DNA from: Octopus vulgaris
Taxonomy: Eukaryota
Direction of reading: 5' to 3'
DNA length: 64,000 nucleotides
NCBI GenBank assembly: GCA_951406725.2
Contig: OX597832.1
Coordinates: forward strand, 47,988,001 to 48,052,000
The notes beneath the pieces were generated by a model. The model saw nothing but the letters and a program-made list of their open reading frames with translations. It was not told the DNA's origin and ran no database searches. Below are positions 63,952-64,000 of this stretch, piece after piece. Every line of letters begins with the position of its first letter. The stretch's first letter is position 1. Both the position numbers and the translations under genes were made by a program.

Positions 63952-64000
63952 ACTGCCCTCTATATTTAACAAAGGAATACTCAGAGCTCAAAGTCAGAAG

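Overview
AT-rich, microsatellite- and SINE-dense eukaryotic DNA. The repeat landscape suggests an octopod cephalopod (inferred, not proven). Most ORF-track entries are microsatellite or SINE artefacts. The right third holds the 3' half of a minus-strand Quaking/How (STAR-family KH RNA-binding protein) gene; its QUA1/KH exons lie beyond position 64000. Main finding: the QUA2 exon is tandemly duplicated as an apparently mutually exclusive pair. One copy is vertebrate-QKI-like ([13 protein letters not shown]) and the other How/GLD-1-like (KKRQLMELAIING), and a bipartite Quaking response element sits at the branch point of the first copy. Downstream lie a candidate cassette exon, the Pro/Tyr-rich exon with a read-through GMPFVR* tail, a PY-NLS exon (REHPY) with an internal UGA, and a QKI-5-like AGN* terminal exon in frame beyond that UGA. 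The left part contains a GC-rich Tc1 (DD34E) transposon inside a SINE, RTE and R4/Dong-like LINE fragments, Helitron-like and MITE elements, a minisatellite built from a SINE tRNA head, CpG-rich promoter-like patches, and Penelope-like inverted repeats carrying a variant minimal hammerhead ribozyme. All analysis was by eye; repeat boundaries are approximate.
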